Of a DNA stretch of 44,754 nucleotides, positions 39,301 to 44,754 are shown one piece after another. Within the stretch, counting starts at the first letter, position 1; the number at the start of each line of letters is the position of its first letter. Position numbers and translations under genes: made by a program. Source of the stretch: Macrostomum lignano (taxonomy: Eukaryota). The notes under the pieces were generated by a model. That model worked only from the letters and a program-made list of their open reading frames with translations, ran no database searches and had not been told where the DNA came from. The DNA lies in assembly GCA_002269645.1 (NCBI GenBank), contig NIVC01004474.1, positions 1-44,754 on the forward strand, written 5' to 3'.

Positions 39301-41258
39301 CAGCCTGTCACATGCTCAAACCTTCATAAGCTCAACCTGTCGCATGCTCAAACCTTCATAAGCTCAACCTGTCACATGCTCAAACCTTCATAGACTCAGC
39401 CTGTCACATGCTCAAACCTTCATAAGCTCAACCTGTCGCATGCTCAAATCTTCATAAGGTTAACCTGTCCCATGCTCAAGTTTTCGGAAGTTCAAATAGA
39501 CAGTAGAGGCCTATTCATTTATTAAATCGGATTGTATGTTGAAAGCTTCTTATGCCAGCATTGCGAGCGTAGTAGCATTTATTGCCCAGCTTGATAGTGA
39601 GCAGTGGCCAAGTTCTCGTAGATTCGCAAGCCAGTTTGACTCGGCTGTCTGCGATTTAGGCGCAGGGCTCTTAGAGATAAGCGCTGAATGTCAAGCAAAG
39701 TGGACTGTTTATAGGCATATCTAGGTTTCCCCTCTTACTATTGGGTATCGCGTAAGCAATTATTTTATCTGACTCGAACTGTGCATATGCCGCGGCAGCT
39801 TAGGTGTCATGCAAGCATGCAAGCTCTAGGCAGCAATATAGCTACATAGAGAAAATGGTACAACTGTGCTTCTCCGTAGCTATTTATAAAGGCTTTGGTG
39901 GTGGTTCTGAATCTCGGCACACGAATTTGCATCAACCGCAGAGAGAACGAAATCTGAGCGAATGCCGGTCAGAGCGTGGGAAATGCCCTGTTGTGATAAA
40001 AACTCGTCTTTTCTATTAGTTCCTTCTTATACAATAATCCTACGCTGTGCGGCAATCTAGAGATTTCTAGCCGAATATCCTTACGTCTAATTGGTAGATT
40101 TCTACTAGATATCCCGACGCCTAATTGGTAGATTTCTACTAGATATCCCGACGCCTAATTGGTAGATTTCTACTAGATATCCCGACGCCTAATTGGAAGA
40201 TTTCTACTAGATATCCCGACGCCTAATTGGTAGATTTCTACTAGATATCCCGACGCCTAATTGGAAGATTTCTACTAGATATCCCGACGCCTAATTGGTA
40301 GATTTCTACTAGATATCCCGACGCCTAATTGGTAGATTTCTACTAGATATCCCGACGCCTAATTGGTAGATTTCTACTAGATATCCAGACGCCTAATTGG
40401 AAGATTTCTACTAGATATCCCGGCGCCTAATTGGTAGATTTCTGCTAGATATCCCGACGCCTAATTGGTAGATTACTACTGGATATCTAGGCGCCTAATT
40501 GGTAGATTTCTACTAGATATCCCGACGCCTAATTGGTAGATTTCTACTAGATATCCCGATGCGAGTTTGTTAAACAACCTTCTGTGTCTGCCTTTTTCGA
40601 ATACAGATTATCATTACTTGCGTTTGACCTTGTACTTTCGACGCAGAATGAAACACGCTTGATTAAAAACTGCTACAGCTTCTAGTCCTTCCTTTTCCGA
40701 CCGACCTTCTTCCTCTTTGCTTGCCAGTTGCTTTCCGCAGCCGGCTGAAAAATCCATAAATTGAATAATGACTTCTTCGGCTGGTCAGCCAGCCAAGTGT
40801 ATGCGGTGTGTTGGAGAGCCCACCAGTTGGCCTGCAATTTTACAATCCGAATCACTATGCATTACTCTTGAACGCAACTGTCGGCTGTTAGCTGCCCCTG
40901 TCCCTTACTGCTTATTGCATAAACCTCTTTTTGACTTGTTCAAAATTCTATATCTTACTACGTTAGTAGCATAAAGCGAAAACGAAATCATTTTCTGATA
41001 ACACCACCCATTTTCTCTCCGCGCCCGTGAATGAAAGGCCTCCTGATTGGTGTGCCGCTGCTGCGCAATCTGGACGTTAAAAACTGGGAGAAGGTGCTCT
41101 ATTGGATCTTTCTCATTCTATTCCTGCTGCTGATGGCCGGAGCCGTGCTATTCAACGTGTTCTGCGGCAACAAAGGCGTGGACATGTGCTATGCCATGCC
41201 CAAGCCGACAGAGCCGCCCACAGATGGCAGCGTCTACCTGGTGAACCGAAACTTCTGA
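30386..41258 (+). CDS. RHBDL: EF-hand-containing rhomboid intramembrane serine protease (RHBDL/rho-4 type), ~411 aa, six exons
   Basis: Exons 30386-30430 (inferred), 36565-36588 (inferred micro-exon), 36867-37300, 38218-38362, 38441-38807 and 41038-41258, all phase-compatible GT-AG. EF-hand DADRNNRITYEEF, YDCKPPP, WR motif, HLIFN, catalytic GASGG and AHGGG. Confidence 0.9.
30799..32012. mobile_element. Short dispersed element carrying a 28S rRNA-derived segment, copy A (split by the MITE at 30875-31919)
   Basis: The reverse complement of ~30805-30859 aligns ungapped to 28S GGCGGGAGTAACTATGACT...ATGCCTCGTCATCTAATTAG. The distal part TAAGT(T/C)GCATTTTTGGCCAAAAA...GGTTGCACATGTA is shared with copy B. 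Confidence 0.7.
30875..31919. mobile_element. hAT-type non-autonomous DNA transposon (MITE), 1045 bp
   Basis: Perfect 21-bp TIR CCATAGTCAGGAAGGTGTCCA (30875-30895 and 31899-31919). The 8-bp TSD is TTTACATG/TTTATATG (7/8). Confidence 0.85.
33048..34537 (-). mobile_element. Decayed mariner (DD34D) transposon with a nested ~170-bp insertion
   Basis: ~32-bp TIRs (TACAAGGGTCACTCAGAAAG and, on the other strand, TATGAGGGTCACTTAGAAAG) with TA TSDs. Fragmented transposase: HTH with SGRP, WIPH, TGDKTWIYQYDP, HHDN, HPAYSPDLA. Many stops and frameshifts. Length is ~1.32 kb without the insert. Confidence 0.92.
33854..34026. mobile_element. Short dispersed element carrying a 28S rRNA-derived segment, copy B (inserted in the mariner)
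   Basis: The reverse complement of 33858-33921 matches the conserved 28S segment GGGTAAACGGCGGGAGTAACTATGACTCTCTTAAGGTAGCCAAATGCCTCGTCATCTAATTAGT at 55/64, ungapped. Mariner coding sequence resumes on both sides. Confidence 0.8.
35357..36302. mobile_element. Solo-LTR-like segment, 946 bp
   Basis: TGGTGT...ACACCA inverted ends, near-TSD CTAGT/CAAGT (4/5), TATAAAT at ~35844, several GAGTCAC motifs, and CpG-rich sequence sharply bounded by CpG-poor flanks. Confidence 0.45.
37378..38205. mobile_element. hAT-type MITE, 828 bp, in rhomboid intron 37301-38217
   Basis: Perfect 16-bp TIR CATAGGCGTAGGAACG (37378-37393 and 38190-38205). The 8-bp TSD is TCATTTTT/CCATTTTT (7/8). Confidence 0.9.
37521..38030. 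repeat. 21-bp minisatellite with a 189-bp higher-order period inside the MITE
   Basis: GCGCCAA(A/C)ATGAGTGCCTGC(G/A) repeated. The variant CAAAATCAGT recurs at 189-bp spacing (~37568, 37757, 37946). Confidence 0.95.
38850..39480. repeat. Intronic tandem array, 32-bp unit, ~19 copies
   Basis: ACCTGTCACATGCTCAAACCTTCATAAGCTCA repeated. Confidence 0.95.
40062..40560. repeat. Intronic tandem array, 34-bp unit, ~14 copies
   Basis: GATTTCTACTAGATATCCCGACGCCTAATTGGTA repeated. Confidence 0.95.
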
Positions 41259-42675
41259 GTGCAAGTAGATTTAATCGGTTTTTTTTAATTCTCTGCTGTG
41301 TGTATTTTTCTTTTCTATTGCTTGCTCTGCTTTAGTTATAAAAAATATATTTAACATACAAGTATTGTTAGTTTTACACTTCAATTATTGTGCTTCACCG
41401 TGCAAAGTATTTTTCACCAGTTTACTTAATTGCTGTTAGTGTTGATTATTTGTGAAAATCACAAGTTCGCACAATTCAATTAGAAGCAATGTAATTTATA
41501 TATACAATTATTATTTATATTCAGGTATTTTTAAAGACATACCTGCCACCGTGCCTAAACCAAACTTAGTTAATTATAAACTATAGTGTGCTTAATAAAA
41601 GATAAATTTTTGTTTGACAATCTTGGTTATCAATTTGATGCGAACATTTGCAATAGCTAGAGTACACACGCGAGTGTTTTTTCTTGCTCACTTCTATTTT
41701 GGTCTTGGATATCCAAAATATTTTTCTATTTCAAAGAGCCAAAGTTGTCAATTGTCTTAAAACAATTTTAAGATCATTGTTATTTCTGCAATCCTTTTTT
41801 ACAGTGTTTTTCCTGCACATGCCATGCCGTTAGTGTTCTATAAATGCATGGTATTTTTCATTTGAGCATAGCTCTCTTACCTTGGGCTATATGCAATACA
41901 ATAAGCGATCTGATTAGTCTACTCACCAAAACTGCTTTGCTTGCATCGATTATACATATATTTACGAATCAAGATGGCTGCTTTTGATTCCAGCGCTGTT
42001 TGGTGTAGCTATTTATTTAAAAATTATTATTGCCCAAATAAACGCGCGCATTCAAGCTTCTATGAATTAGCTGCCTTTTTTAATTCTAGGAATATGGAAA
42101 TTGGCATGCCGCAATCTACTGAGCCTTTGTCATTTTTAAATGTACGGTTTCAAACTACCTCAGCCAAACAAGCTTTGTTGGTGAGGCCCTGAGAAAACGG
42201 ATTCAAGGACCTTGGCAGCGATTCAACCTGTTGGTTTACACGTAGCAAAAATAGAAAATAGAAAAAAATGCCTCTAAAAATGTGATTGATAGAGACAATA
42301 TAGTTTTCTATTCTTGCCAAATGAAAAATCGCTCCGCAGACCCACTGCTGTTAGCATTCTTGAGGTGAAGTTATCCTTGAAAAACCAAAGGCAAGAAGCG
42401 ACAGACATTAAATATGATTTATTGCGCTAGTTAGCGCGTCTGCGCCCTTAACCGGAATGCAGAAATTAAGAAAAATATTACTTGTATCAGTAATATCAGT
42501 AGGATGTAGCAAGACGCGAAATTTTTATATACACCATTTTTACTGTTATGTTACCACAGGTAGGTAATTTGCAACTATTAAACAGCTTCAGAAGTATATT
42601 TGAAGCACTCAATAGGAAACATTAAAATGCAGCTGGGAAAAAACAATTCGTTTACAATTGAGTTGTTCCCACCGC

Positions 42676-44160
42676 CAAGCTACTTCACTGGCTAAACCCA
42701 CCCCATCTCTAAGCTACTTCACTGGCTAAACCCACCCCATCTCCAAGCTACTTCACTGGCTAAACCCACCCCATCTCCAAGCTACTTCCCTGGCTAAACC
42801 CATCTCCAAGCTACTTCACTGGCTAACCCCATCTCCAAGCTACTTCACTGGCTAACCCCACCTACAAGCTACTTCACTGGCAAACCCCATCTCCAAGCTA
42901 CTTCACTGGCAAACCCCATCTCCAAGCTACTTCACTGGCTAAACCCACCCCATCTCTAAGCTACTTCACTGGCTAAACCCACCCCATCTCCAAGCTACTT
43001 CACTGGCTAAACCCACCCATCTCCAAGCTACTTCCCTGGCTAAACCCATCTCCAAGCTACTTCACTGGCTAACCCCATCTCCAAGCTACTTCACTGGCTA
43101 ACCCCACCTACAAGCTACTTCACTGGCAAACCCCATCTCCAAGCTACTTCACTGGCAAACCCCATCTCCAAGCTACTTCACTGGCTAAACCCACCCCATC
43201 TCTAAGCTACTTCACTGGCTAAACCCACCCCATCTCTAAGCTACTTCACTGGCTAAACCCACCCATCTCCAAGCTACTTCACTGGCTAAACCCACCCCAT
43301 CTCCAAGCTACTTCCCTGGCTAAACCCATCTCCAAGCTACTTCACTGGCTAACCCCATCTCCAAGCTACTTCACTGGCTAACCCACCTACAAGCTACTTC
43401 ACTGGCAAACCCCATCTCCAAGCTACTTCACTGGCAAACCCCATCTCCAAGCTACTTCACTGGCTAACCCCACCCCATCTCCAAGCTACCTCACTGGCTA
43501 ACCCCATCTCCAAGCTACCTCACTGGCTAACCCCATCTCCAAGCTACTTCACTGGCTAACCCCATCTCCAAGCTACTTCAATGGCTAACCCCATCTCCAA
43601 GCTACTTCACTGGCAAACCCCATCTCCAAGCTACTTCACTGGCAAACCCCATCTCCAAGCTACTTCACTGGCTAACCCCACCTCCAAGCTACTTCACTGG
43701 CTTACCCCACCCCATCTCCAAGCTACCTCACTGGCTAACCCCACCTCCAAGCTACTTCACTGGCTAACCCCACCCCATCTCCAAGCTACCTCACTGGCTA
43801 ACCCCACCCCATCTCCAAGCTACCTCACTGGCTAACCCCATCTCCAAGCTACTTCACTGGCTAACCCCACCCCATCTCCAAGCTACTTCACTGGCTAACC
43901 CCACCAAGCTACTTCACTGGCTAACCCCAACTCCAAGCTACCTCACTGGCTAACCCCACCTCCAAGCTACTTCACTGGCTAACCCCACCTCTCCAAGCTA
44001 CCTCACTGGCTAACCCCATCTCCAAGCTACTTCACTGGCTAACCCCATCTCCAAGCTACTTCACTTGTTAACCCCATCTCCAAGCTACCTCACTGGCTAA
44101 CCCCATCTCCAAGCTACTTCACTGGCTAACCCCATCTCCAAGCTACTTCAATGGCTAACC
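42676..44160. repeat. Tandem array of 29- and 34-bp units with a ~250-280-bp higher-order block
   Basis: CTCCAAGCTACTTCACTGGCTAACCCCAT and longer CTAAACCCACCCCAT variants. Confidence 0.95.
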
Positions 44161-44231
44161 GCACATCGAAGCTCTCGCTTAAAAAAGTGAAGAAACATAG
44201 GGAATAAAAGCAAGCATATTTTGAGCACAAA

Positions 44232-44743
44232 TCAATCCCGCCCAGATGATGAAGAGCGAGAGCCACCGCTGTTCCCATCTTGTTTTTGCTGCTTTCGCAG
44301 TTCGATCATTCGTTTCAACAGTTCAATCTTCTTCTGACGCGTCGCCTCGTCCTCGTTTGCGCCGTCGTCTGATTCGTCTTCATTGTCGCTTTCACTGCTG
44401 CTGCTGCTGCTGCTGCTGCTGCTAGTGCTGCTGCTGGACGATGATGATGATGATGATGATGATGATGAAGACTTAGCCTTGGCTTTAGTCTCCTTGCTTC
44501 CGCAAGCGCCGCCAGCGATAACAACGCGAGCTTGGCCAGTAGCGGACACGCGCAACCGCTTATCCAAGTGCTTAGTGTGACTCTCCCGTTCCAAATACTT
44601 GCGCTTACCTGTGCACTGGTAGGCCAATGGCCGCGCTGGTAGCATTTCTGACAGCGGGCGGATTGGTTTTTCTCTTCGCAGTCTGCCGGGTATAGAAGGC
44701 TGGCAGGCGGGGCCCGCCAGGCCGGCCACTGATGGGCTGACAT
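44232..44743 (-). CDS. ZCCHC10: ZCCHC10-like zinc-knuckle protein with a Ser-rich tail (1-bp frameshift at ~44624)
   Basis: RCQKCYQRGHW in one frame continues as xYQCTGKRKYLERES in the adjacent frame, matching the ZCCHC10 motif RCQKC..GHWTYECTGKRKY, followed by poly-Ser/acidic sequence. The 5' end is uncertain. Confidence 0.8.
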
Positions 44744-44754
44744 TACTCTAATTG

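Noticed and set aside
40062-40560. ATTTCTACT/GTAGAT words reminiscent of the Cas12a direct repeat
   Set aside because: Units are head-to-tail with no unique spacers, the motif order is permuted, the context is a eukaryotic intron, and there are no cas genes.
44603-44610. Perfect-looking CAG|GTAAGC donor in ZCCHC10
   Set aside because: The conserved TGKRKY motif reads straight through it.

Overview
Eukaryotic (animal) genomic DNA: GC-rich exons, AT-rich introns, spliceosomal GT/GC-AG junctions. The style (GC-rich coding, Gln/Ser runs, minisatellite-stuffed introns) resembles Macrostomum-type flatworm assemblies, which is inference only. Six genes can be spliced together by hand: a multi-C2H2 zinc-finger gene (+, ~4692-9733), an unc-4/Uncx homeobox gene (-, 12003-14879), an intronless phospholipid scramblase (-, 21276-21968), a beta-tubulin with a GC-AG intron (-, 26346-27782), an EF-hand rhomboid protease with a 24-nt micro-exon (+, 30386-41258) and a ZCCHC10-like gene (-, 44232-44743). 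About 15 tandem arrays, each with its own unit, cover roughly 14 kb (~30%) and explain most of the long ORFs in the track. Rhomboid intron 1 holds a stack of elements: a hAT-type MITE, a decayed mariner and an LTR-like segment. Most notable: (1) two copies of a ~160-bp dispersed element ending in the 28S rRNA segment that is the R2/I-PpoI target, with divergence concentrated at the cut site in both copies; (2) CpG-desert domains with CA/TA differences between paired TE termini, suggesting methylation-driven or RIP-like decay; (3) short introns inflated by locally derived minisatellites, including a 1.5-kb perfect G-quadruplex-type repeat in the unc-4 pre-mRNA. All counts are manual.
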